DNA of 64,000 bases from Strigamia acuminata (GCA_949358305.1 OX442314.1:17050001-17114000), one strand, 5' to 3'; positions 25,201-40,311 are shown, counted from the first letter of the stretch. The notes: generated from the sequence alone by a model not told the origin. Made by a program: numbers and translations.

Positions 25201-28200
25201 GCCGAATGTGTTTTGAGAGTTGTTGTCTGTGGCTTTTACTCGTGAAATCAAATCAGCCTTATCGACTGTTCTTCCACCCTTGGTCGATAAATTTGGACTT
25301 GACTAGCTGCCCTCATTTGAACAGGCTGGGGTGGCGACGTTAAGTTCCTTATCAAGGTGAACTGGTGTTATGTTCACACAGCACAAGTCGTACTACTGGT
25401 GTAGTTTTTGCTGTACCGAACATTGCAATCTGTCAGTCAAGATGGGAATAGGTGTTTTTAATCCAGATGCCAACATATTGAAAAAATTAAAGAAAAAATT
25501 TTTTTATTTTATTTTTTTTAAATAAAAAATTATCGAAGGTATTAATTTTTTATTGATATATTGATAAAAAAGTAATTTTTCTATGAAATATATGATATGA
25601 TAAGATAAGTTGACAAGATGAAAGTGCAATTGATTTCATTGTATTGTCGTTGGTTTTTTTTTTTTGTTTTTTTTTTTGTTGAATTTATGTTGTAATTGTT
25701 ACATTCGCGTCCTAATGTTGAGAATTTACTTTGTTGTGAAGGTTGCAAAGTCATTATCGAACTCATAATTCCCGGCAACATTTCGAGTCTCCAACTCAGT
25801 CACTGCTCGCTCCAGCGTCTACTCAGCCACAACAACAGCAACAAATTTCTTCTCAACAGTCTTCGTCTCAACAACAGCTGACGCAGCAGCAACAGCCGTT
25901 GCCCCAGCAGCAGCAGCAGCAGCAGCAGCCGTTGCCCCAGCAGCAACAGCAACAGCAGCAGCAGCAGCAGCAGCTGCCTCAATGGTTTGCTGTTACAGAG
26001 CCCCTGTACAACGCTGTAGCCGAGGATCGGGACGGAATCGCGAACAAGATTTCTCACCGAGGAACGTCTTCTCCTACCCGGATAAAGAGCAAACACAAAC
26101 AACAGAACAAGAAGTCGTTGTCGAGGTTCGTTGTCGCGGAATGTTTGAAATTGTTGGCGAGTTTTCAATTTCTAATTGGAATGATGATTACTATTGTTAA
26201 AAACAGATCCGAGTCTCAGTCGGGATCCGAGTCTCATTCCCGGTCTGGCTCGCGGAGTTCTTGCGCTTCCCAGTCTTCGTGTTCGAGTAGCAACACGCGG
26301 AGCAGCAGTAGTAGTAGTCAGAGCAGCCATTCTTGTTCCGAAAGGGGCTCCAGGTCCCAGTCTCCGAGGTATTTTGTTGTAGACGTCTCGGAAGTTTTGG
26401 TGTTGATATATTTCTTCTTTTCTTTATTCTCAAGTGTATCGTATAGCAGTCGGGGTAGCAGTAAAGCCAGTCGTCCACCTGGTGAGAGGGGATGTGGTGG
26501 GGTCGCATCACCCGTTCCTTCTCTGCAGTCTGCTGTGACAGTCGCGGTTATTCCTTCGGCTCAGATCACAGCCACAGCGATCTCGTGTAACACCGTGACT
26601 TCGGGCGATTCCGATTTATCGTCCACTCCTGCTACTGTAGATAAAGAGGATAAACGGCCACTTGGCATTTGTGTTCGCAATCTGCCTGTTAGGTCTAGTG
26701 GTAAGCGAGAAAAGAATTGCTTCGATAGGGACGTTGCGAGTGGTCTAAATGCGAGGAGTTGTTTTTTTAGATACCAGTTTGAAAGACGGTTTGTTTCACG
26801 AGTACAAAAAACACGGGAAAGTCACCACGGTGAAGGTGATCGGACAAGGAACTGATAGATATGCGGTTGTGTGTTTCAAAAAGTAAACGCTCGATTGGAT
26901 CGATGTTGATTCGTGTTTGGCGATGTTTGGTGACTGCGGTTACTAACGTGTTGATTATTCTTTTCGTAGGCCTGAAGATGTGGAAAAAGCGTTGGAAGTG
27001 TCGAAGGACAAGTTGTTTTTTGGATCCAAGATCGAAGTGACATCTCACGAGGGTTTGGATGTGGAAGACAACGAATTTAGGCCTTTAGAAGCTGAGCTGG
27101 ACGAATTTCATCCCAAAGCCACACGCACACTGTTTATTGGAAATTTGGAGAAGGATATAACAACGGCGGAACTCAGGAAACATTTCGAACAGTTTGGAGA
27201 AATCATTGTAAGGATTTTTGTTAAAAATCGGAGAATTGGTTTTTTTTTAAATGATTTTGTTTTGTTGATTGTAGGAAATAGATATTAAAAAGCAGGGGGC
27301 AGTTTCCTCCTATGCGTTCGTGCAATATTCTGACATTGCGAGCGTAGTAAAAGCCATGCGGAAAATGGATGGCGAACATTTAGGAGCCAATAGAATTAAG
27401 GTGAATTGTTTTGGCCGATAATTTTGCTCGAACGTTGTGTTAAATGCTGTTTTGTTTGGTTTCTGTAGTTGGGGTTTGGCAAAAGTATGCCCACCAACTG
27501 CGTGTGGCTCGACGGCATTGCAGACACCGTGTCTGATAAGTTTCTGGCACGGCAATTTGTTCGTTTCGGCCACGTGGTCAGTACATATATTGACCGTGAG
27601 CGGGGCCATGCTCTAATATTTTATGAGAGAGTTGAGCACGCTCAGATTGCCGTTCCAGAAATGAGAGGCCGTGCTCTTGGAGGAAAGAAATTGCAGGTAG
27701 GTGTAAGCTGACCTGTCTGCCCTGAAATGTAGACATACACTAATGAGTTTTCATAAAACAATGTAGATTGATTTTGCCAGCCGCGAGTGTCAAATGGCTT
27801 TCTTTGAAAAGTTAGAAATGAGTGGTCAGATGCTACCTGGCGACAGGCCATGGGATCGCCGTGACCAGTCTTTTGATAATCGTGAAGAGAGGTATAACCG
27901 TGATCCCAGATTGATGTACGACGCATCCAGTCGCGGATTTACTCGGTTTGAATCTCAGACACGAGCTAGCAGAACTAACTTTCGTGGTAGCCAAAGAGGT
28001 GCTTTTGCTAGTCGCGGGAGAGGGCAAGGCATATGTAACAGGTAGGAATTTGAATGTTTGAGTGAAGTAAGATTGAGTGGAATTAATTTGTTTTCTAATT
28101 GAATTCGTAGGAGTTTTGACGAAGAATTTTCTCAGACTACTGGATCAGTTTACGAAGATTCTTACGAACAAGAGTTACGCGAATACGGTTTTAGCCAGCG

Positions 28201-31200
28201 TGAGAGACGTGATTACAGTGCCGAAGATCATGGCTCAAGAAGCTTCAGTCCGCGTAGGAGGAGAGAGGATTGCAGCCTCAGCCCGAAGGACAGGCTTTCC
28301 GACGGAATGGGCACGAGTCCTCATCCGAGGGGCGATCGCAGTTCCACGCGATACGACAGTGGCAGAGAAGACGACCCTACAGTCGATGCTGATAAAAGGA
28401 CAAAAATATTTGACCAGGAGAAAGCTGCGCTGAGGAAGATTCGTCATCGCAGTGTGAGTGATCAGGAAAGTTTCCACAGTCAAAGCCCACCCAACTCGCG
28501 ACACCAAAGTCGTAGTATCAGTCCTCCGATGCTTAAGGATAAGCGATTAAAAGATTGGACGAGGAATCGCTCGAGGAGTCCTGGCACACCGATCCAAAGT
28601 CCGAGCAGGGAAGGTTCCGTGGACAATAACACGGCGGAACACAACAGGGATAGTGCGAAACGCCGGCTGTCGGAAGGCAGCAGAGACTCGGTCGTGGTGC
28701 GCAGCGATTTCGACGGCGATGTGAGTGAAAGTGGGGCCCGTGCCAGAACTAAACCGGAAGTGGAGCGGTGCAAATTGAGGAAAGTGCATCCCGATGAGGA
28801 CTGTGGTGATCGGCGGAATTGTGATACAAATTCTGTTTTGATTAAAGACCACGCGAATGCCTCGTTGGTAGGAATTCGTTACACTGATCTAGCAAAATTG
28901 TCGAACGTTATTGGTCTCAATGTCAATACGCGTGTTCAAAAGACGAGTGCGGATATTCATTCGGACTGCAGTAAAAAGGTTGTCAAAGATAAAGATGAGG
29001 TTGAAAACGAACACGAAAGTGGTGAATTAGTGGAAGAGAGTAGTGGAGTGAGTGTTGATAAAGAGATTGTGCCCACTGGTGTCGATTTGAAGAACTTGCA
29101 AAAGAAGAAAGTTCATTTGCTTCACCTGTTGGAAAAATTGAACGATACTGGTGCGCCTGGCATCGTCGTCGACGAGAATTGTGTCGGTGTTGATAAACGG
29201 TTGGTGAAAAAAGCTCGATTGAACAGCAGTGAGAGTAGTGAGAAAGAGTTAGTGAATAACGCGACTCATCAACAAAACTCGAGTGAACCTAACGACATTT
29301 TCAACAAAATTATTGACTCCGATTGTGGTGTTTATCGAAAAATGGAAGTGAACAGACTCGCGGTCGATCACTTGCGGCGCTCGGATACCAAAAATAAGTC
29401 GTTTCTAGCGGCGAGTGGTAAATTAAGTGAACTCAATGAGGACTCAATCAAACGCCAAAACTCACCCAAAGATGTCTTTGTTGTTAATTCAGCACATAAG
29501 CGCAGAAAAGCAGTTTCTGTGTGTTACGGCAATGAAAACCCATCGTTTCACAGGTACCCCGTGCAGGGCAAGCAACCGAGCGTCGACGACACGCCGCTGG
29601 CACTTTCGGTCAACGACGACGAAGACCCGACGGTTAACGACAAAATTCACGACGCGGGTTTGCTCAAGAGCCCCGAGAGCAAACCTGGAACTCCATTGGT
29701 GGACGAACCTCGACGCGAAAAGGAAAGTCCCTTGTCCTTACCGTTACCCAGATTCGCAACGTCCGTGTCGATGTCGTCGCCAAAACATTCGCCCAAAGCG
29801 GTCATGTCTCCCAAAATCACGTGTTTGAAGTCACCGTTGCTGTCGCCGACCGGCAATAGTCAGGGAAGCGCCAAAGAAATTTCTCCGATCGTCGAAGCTG
29901 ATCGAACGGTGTTTCTACCCGAGAAAAAAGTGCTCGCCGCGTGTCCCGTCGACAGCAGTCGACGCAAAAGCAACTTGCTGTCTCCTCCGGGATTCAACGT
30001 GGGCGCCAAGGCATTGGATAGTTCGTCGGACTCCGAACAATCTCCGAAAACGTCACCGCGAGGTCCATCCCTGGAGGAAAGGATTCGGCTGCTGGACGAG
30101 AAATATCGGGCGTGGACGGGTTCGACGCGGAACAGCGACAATTCTGCTGCGCCAGCTGCTTCGACGGAAGGTAGTAAAGCGACAGAGGCGGAACGGACAA
30201 TGAAACGGAGGCCGAGTTTTCTCAATGCTGACATCACGCAATTACGCACGGAACCGTCGGACATCGTTAAATCGCTCTTAGCCAAGAGTAGTATATTCGA
30301 CCAGGACTCGAAGCGGCTCGAGCATATCAACGAAAAGTACGAGCCGAGGCAAGTGCCGATCGACAACATGCCCAAGAAGACTTTCTGTTTTCGAACCAAA
30401 GCAGCGGCCAAAGAGTTTTCTCCGGTCGCCGCGCAGCCGGCCGTCGTCACTTCCCCACTGTCCAATTTTTCCACGTGCACCATCAAATATCCGTTTCCTA
30501 CAACTCCTAACGTTGCATCCTCTCCTCTACCCGTTTACAATTCCTCCCCCATTCCTGCCGTCAACAGTCCCATTGCTCCTTGCCCACCACCTCCTGTTGC
30601 CGTAACCTCTCCCTCTCCAAAGACGACGGTGTCGAGCTTGGCCGCTTCCACTCCTTTACCTGCGCCGATCATTCAGCAGAGAAAATTGTCGATCGATCAT
30701 CAGTCGAAAGCGGCTGCTGTCAAGCTGGAAGTTCCGGTTGCAACGGTGAACAGTCCAACGACGTTTGCAACTAGCACGATTACGACAACGGTTGCTAAGC
30801 CCACTGTAGCGACCATAACGAACTCGCCGCAAGTGAGTTCGAACCCGAATGTGACGAATGCTGCTCAAGCTACACCAAAGAAAGAACTCGCGACAATGAT
30901 GCCGTCCAGGAAAGACAGCATTTCATCGTGTAACAGGAAGGAGGTGGCTGTGAAGAAAGAAAATTCGATTAAAGAGGTCGCGACATCATTAAAGGAGGTG
31001 ATTAAGAAGGAATCGGTGATTAACAACTGCAATAGAGAGATTAGGAGGGAAGCGCAAACTAACAGTGTGCCGGGGAAGGAAACGCCGTCCAGGAGAGATT
31101 CCACTGGAACGAAGGAGGCGGTTTCCAAGCGTGAAAATGTGGCGGGAGTCGGTAGTGCGAGTAAAGAATGTACAGTTAAAAAGGACAATGTGAAAGAAGA

Positions 31201-34200
31201 GAAGCGGGAGTCTGGCCTGGCCAGTCATAAACGTCGATTGGTGTCGGCGGATGGGTACGATAACGCCGGTTCGGAGACGAGTCGTGCGAATGTGAAATTG
31301 GACATTAAAGAAAGGAGCAAGTCGGAGAGCAGCACGAAGTCTGCGGAACCGGAAGCTAAGAAATTAAAATTGTCGGCGATGATTTTGGAGGAGAAGAAAA
31401 AGAGCGAACATTCGTCTTCACCCGCTCCTTTGAAAAGACCCAGTAAATCGCCCCTGACACACGAGAAAAAGTTGATTAAAATGACCACGGATTATAAAGA
31501 TAAGAAACCGGAAGTGAAGTCGGACGAGAAGAGCAATCGCAATAAAGACGAGAAGAAGATGACGATTCAGAAAAGTGCAAAAGATACAAAACACGAACGA
31601 ATTCGACCAAAATCTGTGAGCGCCGACCCGCGGATTAGAGACCGGGATAAGAGAAAGGAGAAAAAGAAGGACAGAAAAGACAGAGATGAGAAGAAATCGG
31701 ACCGGGAGGAAAAGAAACCGGAGCGAGAGGAGAAGAAAATGGACCGAGACGAGAAGAAACCGGACCGAGACGAGAAGAAACCGGACCGAGATGAGAAGAA
31801 GTCGGACAGGGAGGAGAAGAAATCGGACAAGGACAAGAGGGAGGATAAGGATAAAGATAAAGATAAATCGAGAGAGAGGAGGAATTCCGAAAAACTTAGC
31901 GCGAAACAAGAGAAAAAACAGTTGGAGAAAGCGTTTAGTTTTTGGGATGAAGAACCTGTTTATTTTTCCATGTACGACAAAGTGAAGGCACGATCGAGTC
32001 AGAACGAAAAGGCCAAGGAAAAAGAAAAGGAGTTGGAATCTATGCGCGAAAAGTTTATAAGGTTGAAACAAAGTAGAGCGAAAAAAGAAGAGAAGGTGAG
32101 ACCATCCTTGGAATCCGACAGTGACAAATGCTCCGACGCTGGGAGCGTGGTGTCGTCCGAAACTGGCGAATCGAAGATGTCGACTTCGGCCAAGGCGAAA
32201 CAGCAGACGAAGAAGAGAAAGCTGATAATTGCGAGCGATTCGGACGACAGCGAAATGAACGCGGCAAAAAGCCACATGCGGGCGGAAAAGGAGTCGGATT
32301 TGGACGATGATTCGGACATCGAAATGAAAGTTAAGATGAACAGACGGAGGCGAAATTCGGACGGCGATAGTTCGGATACCGACTTATTAATGAAGCCCGC
32401 AAAAGAAATTAAAAAGTACAAGGCAAAATCGAGGAAGAAGTACGACAAGGAGAGCAAAGTCAAAGTGAAGAGTAAATCCGGCGAGGATACATCGGAAACG
32501 GAGGGTTCGGCAAGAACGAGTTTGCTCAACATTAAAAAGGAGAGGAAAAGGAAAAGTCAACAGCAGAAGATGGTGTTGGTTGAGAAGGAGAAAAATAGGG
32601 AGCAACACGACGAGATGACGAGCAAACCGAAAAAGAGTACCAGCAAGAAGGAGAACAAGAAGAAGGAACACCCGAAAGAAGTTTTGGCCGATGCAGAAAC
32701 TTCGGACGATGAACTTTTTGATAAAATTCGAGCTAGTAAAATAGCAAGAAGCAAAAAGAGCATGCGCTCGAAGAGCAAAACTAGTATCAAGAGCAGCAAT
32801 GCCAGCAGCAATGCCAACAGTAACACCAACAGCAATACCAACAGCAGAGATTCAGAAGTCAAGTGCAATTCCTATATTTCACCGGAGTTGCAAAACGTCA
32901 AAATTGAAGAAAAATCCGTCGCTTCATCTTCTGGACCATTTAATGAGGATTCTCTGTCGAACTTAGAAATGGAGAAAACAAAGACGAGTTATGTGTCCGA
33001 CTGCGAACGAATGGAGGAGTCGACGCAACTAGAAAGTCCAGACAATGATCCGAAACCCGAAGAGATAATCGCGAGTCCGCAAACCGAGTTGCCATCTTGG
33101 TCAGAGTGCGCCGTCGAGGCCGACGAAGAAGCGGCTGTTCAGAGAGAGGAGCCAATTGTAGCGGCAATTCAGAGAGAGGAATTTGCAGTCGCCACTGCAG
33201 AGCCAACACCTGAATTGCACATTAAAGACGAGAAAAAGCACAAGAAGAGCAAAAAGAGCGCGAGCAAGGAGAAAAAGAAGAAAAGCAAGATTGAGGACAT
33301 TGTCGTGAAAATAGAGGACACATTTCCATCGATGGAAAAATCTCCAGAGCCTAGTTTGGAGGTGAACGTGCCGAATGAAGAGGAGGAGCACGTGGAATCC
33401 GTACAATCACGTGAACTCAGTAGTCTGATTCCAGATTCTGCTGAACTGGTGGAAGCCGTAAGGGTTTTGGAGAGCATGAACAACATCAGGGATGATGTGA
33501 GACGTAGTGACTCCCCGCTGCCGTCTCTGGTGAACGACTCTGCGATTGATGAAGACAGCGACGACGCGTTCAATCGCTTGGTCGTAGACGAAAGCAGACT
33601 CGTGGATGATGATAAACCAGATGCTGACAGAGAGGACGTGGAAAGTCACAGACAAAAAGCCCTGGACGTGTTTGAATTTACAGACGATGAGTTGACTGAT
33701 GTACCCATTAAATTTGGTCGTGACGAGCACCGTCGCCACAGGCCACAAGACGAAGATTCGGACAACAAAAGCAAAAAGGTCAAGTCGCAGCAGTTGGATG
33801 CGTTCGAAGAGAAGCCGTTGCAAGCCGTCGGCATTGACCCTGAAGCCGAAGAACTTGAACAACCCGACGAGAAGATGCCGTCAATCGTGCCGGATTTTTC
33901 GCCTCCACCGTCCTTGGAGTCTGAGAAAGAACTACCGGACAAGTGCGAGTCTGAGGACAACTTTGAGATTCAGTTAGAACCGGCGGAGACGGCTAAAATG
34001 GACGAAATAAACGAATCGGTGGTCAAGACTCATTTTGCCATTTCGCAAGAAGAAACCGAAGATGCCGTGAAAGCCTTACTGCAAGCCACTTTCGGTTTTG
34101 AAACCGAGACTGCTGCGTTGATGGATGAAGAGCAAGAACAATCCGATAATGCACCGAAATTAGAACCCGTTGGTGAAATCGAACCCGTTATTGAGTTACA

Positions 34201-37200
34201 CAAAGTTGAGGAGGGCGAAATTATTCAAGACGTAAATATCGAGAAGGAAAAACAGAGTTCAAATGACGCGGAAACTGAGGAGGCGGTTCATAATCTGACG
34301 GTTACTGAAATCGACCCTCAAATTCTTGACGAACCCAGCATTACGACAAACGTCCCCAAAGTTGAAGCTCCCGTTAAGGAGGTGGTTGAAGCTTTGTCCA
34401 CTCCAGAGCCGCTGCCGCCGCCACCGCCACTGGTCATTATTCAGAATGAGCATCAGATCATAGCGGCTGAAATATCAAAACAATTATTGCCAGAAGAAAT
34501 TGAACAGCCAGACGTAATAGACAATAATAAAACTGAAGTTGACGTTGTTAAGCCTGAAGTGGAGACTGTCAAAACGGAGGTTGAAATCGTTAAAACTCAA
34601 GTTGAGATCATCAAAACTCCAGTTGAAGTCATTAAAACTCAAGTTGAGGTCATCAAAACTCATGTTGAGGTGGTCAAACCCCAAGTTGAGGTCATGAAAA
34701 CCGAAGTCGATGCCGTCAAAACTCAAGTTGACATTGTTAAAACCGAAGAAGAGACGGTCAAGCCTGCAGAAATCGAACCAATTATTCCAAAGGTGGTGGA
34801 ACAAACGCCACAATTATTACCAACCGTTATCGTTCCACCGCCTCTTCCGCCATCGCCGCCGCCGCCACCTTCACCACCACCCGAAATTGAAAAATCCGAA
34901 GAGAAAGAAAACGAAGCAATCATTCAGCACATTGTGACTCCCACTATGCCCATTTTGGATGCCGAAACCAATCCAACGGGCATGTCAGGAGTCATAATGG
35001 AAGTGAGGGCGAGAAAAAGTCGAAAGGGGAAGAGTAAAAAATACGTGTGCGACGACAGCAGGGAAAAGGTGGCCGAAATGGAAAATGAAGTTTTGCCCAA
35101 ATTAAACGGCAAGCGAGTAAAGAAAGCGCCACAGCCCGATTTTGAAAGCATCGACGTGAGAGTCAACATCGAAATGCCGTTGCTGGAAGACAATGCACGC
35201 GAAATTTGCGGTAGGAAACTGAGCGAAGAAGTCCAAGCACCTGTAATTCCCATCAAGGAAGAAACGATCAACTTGCTTCCCATCGTCGTAGCTGAAGAGA
35301 AACTTCCGGAACCGAGAGAGGAAATGCCGCCAGTGTTGGAGGCAACCGACATGAAAGAAGCGGCTGCTGCCGTCGAAAATGTAACGATGAACGCGGTTGA
35401 AAAATTGTTTCCTGTGGTTAATGTGGAGAAAGATGTTGCGCTGACAATGCCACTAGTCATGGCTCAGACGGGACACCGGCAGATCGACGTTGACGAACGA
35501 AAGAAACAACGACGAGGACGTAAGAAGAAGAGCGACACGCTGTTGATCATTTCGTCGCCCCCAACACTGGAGAAAATCGGTGAAGATGGAATGTTGGAGG
35601 AGAAGAAAATGGAACCGATCGGCTTGAGGATTGTCGAGAACAAGGTGCGAGAAACTGTCAAAGAGAATCGATTTGATGTGTTCGAGTTCCGAGATGACGA
35701 GGATGATGACGTGACGAGTTTCGAGAGCAGCAAGGAACGCAAGAGCGAAGAGGTGAAGTACGGAGACGTGCGATTTCATCACGAGGAAAGGAAAGTGTTT
35801 CACAGCGTGGAACCCGAAATGCCCGTCAAAGAGGAAGTGGAAAAGTTGGTCCCGGATATCGTTGTCAAGGACGAGAAAGTGGAAAGGACCAGACCTCGGC
35901 TCATACTGACCATCAAATCCCCACACAAGGACAGCCACGACAAAGTGGCGAAGGTGGAAACGAGAGAAGAACCGGCCGTGAGAATCGTGGAGCACCGAGG
36001 TGAAGATCACGTGTCGTTGGGCGCGGGCGCGGGCGGTTCGTTGAGGGGCGATTGTCCGCTGAACATGAACTCGTGTAGATCGTCCCCTGCTACGCGCAAG
36101 TCGCAGCGACTGCAAGAGAAGAGTTACAGAACGACGATCGACGAGGTGATCGAGGACGTTGTCAAGGGCCACTTTCGTCATCCGGAAGATTTGGACGGAA
36201 TCGCGTTTGGGGGAAGAAATGGGCGCAGAACGAGGAGTCGCGGTCGATTGGAAGACCAGTTTGCACATCCGTCTGACAGATACGATCCAGCTCTTCCTTC
36301 ATTACATCAGACAGTCTCGTTTGCAAAAAACGCGGATGATTTGGACGCGGTGTCCGCGGAAGCCGGCCTGTCGACGCAGGAGGGCATCGCCGATGCCGAC
36401 AGTTTCAAATCGTCGTCGGAGTTTGAAGTTTCCAGAACAGTCTCGTTGCGAACATTCCGAATAACTCGCACGCACACCAAGTCCGAATCGAAGTACCACC
36501 GAACGGAAACGAACGTGATGCACGAAAATCAGCACCACATTGTCGAGCAAGAGGGCCAGGAAGGCGAAATGACGGCTGACGGAATGGTCGATGCCGACAA
36601 GATGGAGGCCGGCGAGCTGAGGTCGCACCAAAGCCCGGAAAACTACTCGGAACTAAAGATCAAAGTGAGCAGCAAGAATGGCAAAGAGAAGGCGAGCAAC
36701 GGCGAGAAACCTGTCGTTTTGCAACCCCAAGTCGTAATGAAGGTAGAACTGCCCAAAGTTTCTCAGTCGATTACGGCCAAGGTGAGCGGTGATAAGGATG
36801 GCACGGATAAGGACGTAGACACGTCACCCACAGCACTGGTGGACCCCGTGACTGGTTTTCTGACTCCTGTAAGGCAATCGGAAGAAGGCACTTACATTCC
36901 AGCGACCACCACAGCGACAGTGACCACTACCACTAGCACGACGACTACCGTGGTGTCGCAGTCACGTGTTCAGATGCCAAAGGAAGTTATTGTAGAAAAC
37001 TCTAGCGTCAAAACTACGCTAAACGTTTCGCCCACTTCCCGATTGCCAGTCGTGGTGACCAGCAAACCTTTCTTGCAACCACCTTCTCTGACCAGTACCA
37101 TTCAAGTAGCGCATTCTCCTCAACCGTTGATGCAGTTAGTTGCACCGACCAAGCCCCAGATCAATGTAACGGCAAACATAGTTCCTTCACTCGTCAAAGA

Positions 37201-40200
37201 GGAAATAGAAATTCCTCCTCTTATTAGCACGTTAAGGTGAGATCAGTTGAAATTTTAATCTTGCTTTTTTAATCTTACGTTTTGTTTTTGTTTTTGTTTT
37301 TGTTTTGTTTAGATCTCAGTCTGTGCCGAAGGTGAAAAGTTCCGTTTCTGAAGCCACGTTGGATGCTACGGTTCGGAATCGTACGCAATCCGCTTCTGTT
37401 CCCTTGTCGTCTCAGTCGGATCACGAATCGCGAATTGTACATCCATCGATTTCGACGCGGACGCAAATGCAAATTGGTCAACCAATGCCTGGACTTCCTC
37501 ATTCGTGGCCCTATCCGTCACCAATGGCCAATCAGCAGCACCATCCACCGCTTCCACCACCTCCTCTAGCTCACAAGGTGAGTTTATCGCATTTATTAAT
37601 GTTATTTTTTATTAATTTTTATTAATTATTAATTTTCGTGTAAATTTAGAATTTATCTCACATTACAACTTCATCGTATCAGTCCGGTTGCAAACCAAAT
37701 ACGTCAGTAACTGTGATGCCATCAATAAAAACGTCGCCTTCAGTATCAGGTGCTGTGATCGGAATGCCTCCTGTAGCTCCTACCACAAACATTGTCAAAT
37801 CGACTACAACCACTTGCTCAAAAATGGTAAATCAATATTCGATTCAGTTTATTTTCATAACAAATTGATAGTTTTATACGTGTTTAATTTTTCAGCCTAT
37901 TTTAACCGGTGGAAGAAGCAGCGAGGTTTTGTCAAGCAACGCTCGACCGGCTGTTACTGAAAGCTCTACGTTTTACAAAAGCGAATCGTCGACGAATTCG
38001 TCTAGGATATCTGAATTGGTTTCTGAACAGCAAAGGACAATCGGTGCCGGCAACTGCCCCGATTTGATGTTGCAGTCCAGAAGTTCCAGTGATGTAGCAG
38101 CAGCGTCCAGAATAGCCAGTGTTAAATCGCAGGTGCCAGCCTCGTCACCAAAACCGTCGTCTTTGCAAATGAGACAGTCTCCTGTGATTTTACAACCTGC
38201 AAGTTATCCTATGCCGACGTACGAAGCAGCTCTCGTAAGTTATTATTCATCTGTTTATCCTATATGATTGATTAATTGTGTTTATTTTATTCTCACAACT
38301 AGCATGCTTCTTCTCACGCATACGGTTCTGCCGGTGCTGGTGGTGGAGGGATTGCGGATTTGCTTCAGAGCCCTTCATATTTAATTCAACAACACAAAGA
38401 GTATTTGTCGTCCCACCACGCTTCCGGACAGCTTATCGAAAGGGTTCCTAGTCAATTGGTGAGACCAGGAACACCGGTCGCTGTCCATCCGGAGGTGGCG
38501 GCACGACTGGGCAATCCAACTCCTCCGCACACTCCGACTCCTCCTACTCATCCGTCTATCACTGCTCAAGTGAGATCTACTATCCCGTTTTAATTTTTGT
38601 AACATTTGCATAATTTTTGTTTATTATTCTTTATTTTAGGCCGATATGATGCATATTCGCCATCCAAACCAACCTTTGGTGGTTCATCCACATCATCCCA
38701 GTCATCTCAACATGCGCCACGCACCCGATCTACCTGCTGCGTACATGCATCAGCAATTAGTGTTTGCATCCCACCCGCACTACGCCAACGTTTTACATCC
38801 CGAATTACGTGCTCAACAATCGGTAACATTACAAGGGATGCAGGCACGTATTCCTTATCCGGTGGGATCAGCGAGACACTCGACCGAGTCTCGTTCGTCT
38901 GGGGACGGGAAATCCGAAGGCAAAGACGTGAAGTTGGTGAAAGAAGAGAAAGTAACGGAACAGCATCGTCGGGAAGAACGAACCGTTGCCTTGGAACAGT
39001 TGATTCCATCAAGAGCGTCCACGGCGCTCGGTCAACCTGCTGTGAGACAGCCGCAAGCACAGTATCCACACGTGATTCCATCTTTGCGGCAGGTCAGTCC
39101 GCATTTGGCGTTGTCTCCGCACGATCGAACCACCGATTCGCCGACGGTGGCCAACGTGTACAACCAACCACCCCGACTCAGATACCACAACGCTGGCAGC
39201 GAGCAATCGAAAATAGCGGCCGAGATTCGTGCGCCCCACGACAGCAGCGACAACGTGCATTCCCGACAATTGGCGCAGCCGTCCACTATGTATTTGGAAC
39301 CGCGTAGCGAAATTTCTGCATCTATGTCATCATTAACTAAACAGGAATTACACAGGTCGTCGTTGAAGCAAAGCTCTCGTTCCCCTTGCATGAGGCCGCA
39401 AACACCGCCCCCTGCCCATGCCAGGAGCGTCACTAATTATTTACAGCCCGGATGCGACATAACACCGACGCCTCAACCGGGGTCTGAGGCGCCGTTGCAC
39501 CCGGTTTCACATGTGATATCCCAACAGATGGTGCAACCCCGCAGCCAACTACAGACGCCACCTCATGCCAGTCAGGTTCCACCTCAGGGAGACTCGTTGC
39601 TCATGTTACTTCAAGTAGGAATTTGTGCTCGAATCGAATGTTGGTTTCACGGACCGGTCTTAATTCTATTTGTTTGCTTTATTTTTAAACAGCGGTATCC
39701 TGTCATGTGGCAAGGATTATTAGCTTTGAAAAACGATCAAGCGGCTGTTCAAATGCATTTTGTTTCGGGAAATCATCACGTTGCTAGAAGTTCTTTACCA
39801 AGTATGTCTGACGGAGGAACACCGCCTTTACGAATAGCCCAGCGAATGAGATTAGAGCAGACACAACTTGAAGGTGTTGCCAGGCGCATGCAGGTATACA
39901 CATACTGTAATTAAACATATAATAATATGTATAATTAAATATCATTTGTTTAAATTAGATGGAGGGTGAGCATTGCATGCTGCTGGCTTTGCCGTGTGGT
40001 CGTGATCATATGGACGTTCTTCAACAATCCAACAATTTGAGAAACGGCTTCATAACTTATTTACAACAAAAACAAGCAGCCGGTATTGTCAACGTGGCCA
40101 TACCTGGTTCGCAACAAGTAAGTTGGACGAGCGAAGATGGTTGAAATGGAGTTGAACTTACTAATTGAGTTGTTCTTTGCAGCCGGCTTATGTGGTCCAC

Positions 40201-40311
40201 ATATTTCCCGCATGTGACTTTTCTAATGACAATTTGGCGAGAATCGCCCCCGATTTGCTGCACAGCGTAGCAGATATTGCTCATTTGCTCATCGTTATAG
40301 CCACCGTTTAA
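19250..40311 (+). CDS. spen: Split ends / SHARP (Msx2-interacting protein): N-terminal RRMs, about 9.1-kb central exon (28110-37236), C-terminal SPOC domain
   Basis: MVRETRHLWVGNLP..HFKRYGRVQSVK, LDEFHPKATRTLFIGNLEK, YFSMYDKVKARS, and SPOC RYPVMWQGLLALKNDQAAVQMHFVSGN..LRIAQRMRLE..HLLIVIATV. Confidence 0.96.
25829..25975 (+). repeat. Coding CAG/CAA polyglutamine tract in spen
   Basis: QQQQPLPQQQQQQQQPLPQQQQQQQQQQQQ. Confidence 0.9.
31670..31835 (+). repeat. 21-nt coding tandem repeat (DR[DE]EKK[SP]) in spen
   Basis: About 7 units such as GACCGAGACGAGAAGAAACCG. Confidence 0.85.
34529..34750 (+). repeat. 21-nt coding tandem repeat (KT[QE]VEV[IV]) in spen
   Basis: About 10 heptad units such as AAAACTCAAGTTGAGGTCATC. 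Confidence 0.85.

Noticed and set aside
28480..36631. Many long antisense and alternate-frame ORFs over the spen giant exon
   Set aside because: Shadow ORFs of biased, low-complexity coding sequence with no recognisable domains.
213..39692. At least nine stop-free introns of 3n length (213-275, 4393-4458, 7397-7459, 8211-8264, 13209-13271, 14656-14715, 26126-26206, 26369-26434, 39615-39692)
   Set aside because: With well over 100 short introns in the window, this is about what chance predicts; there is no evidence of enrichment.
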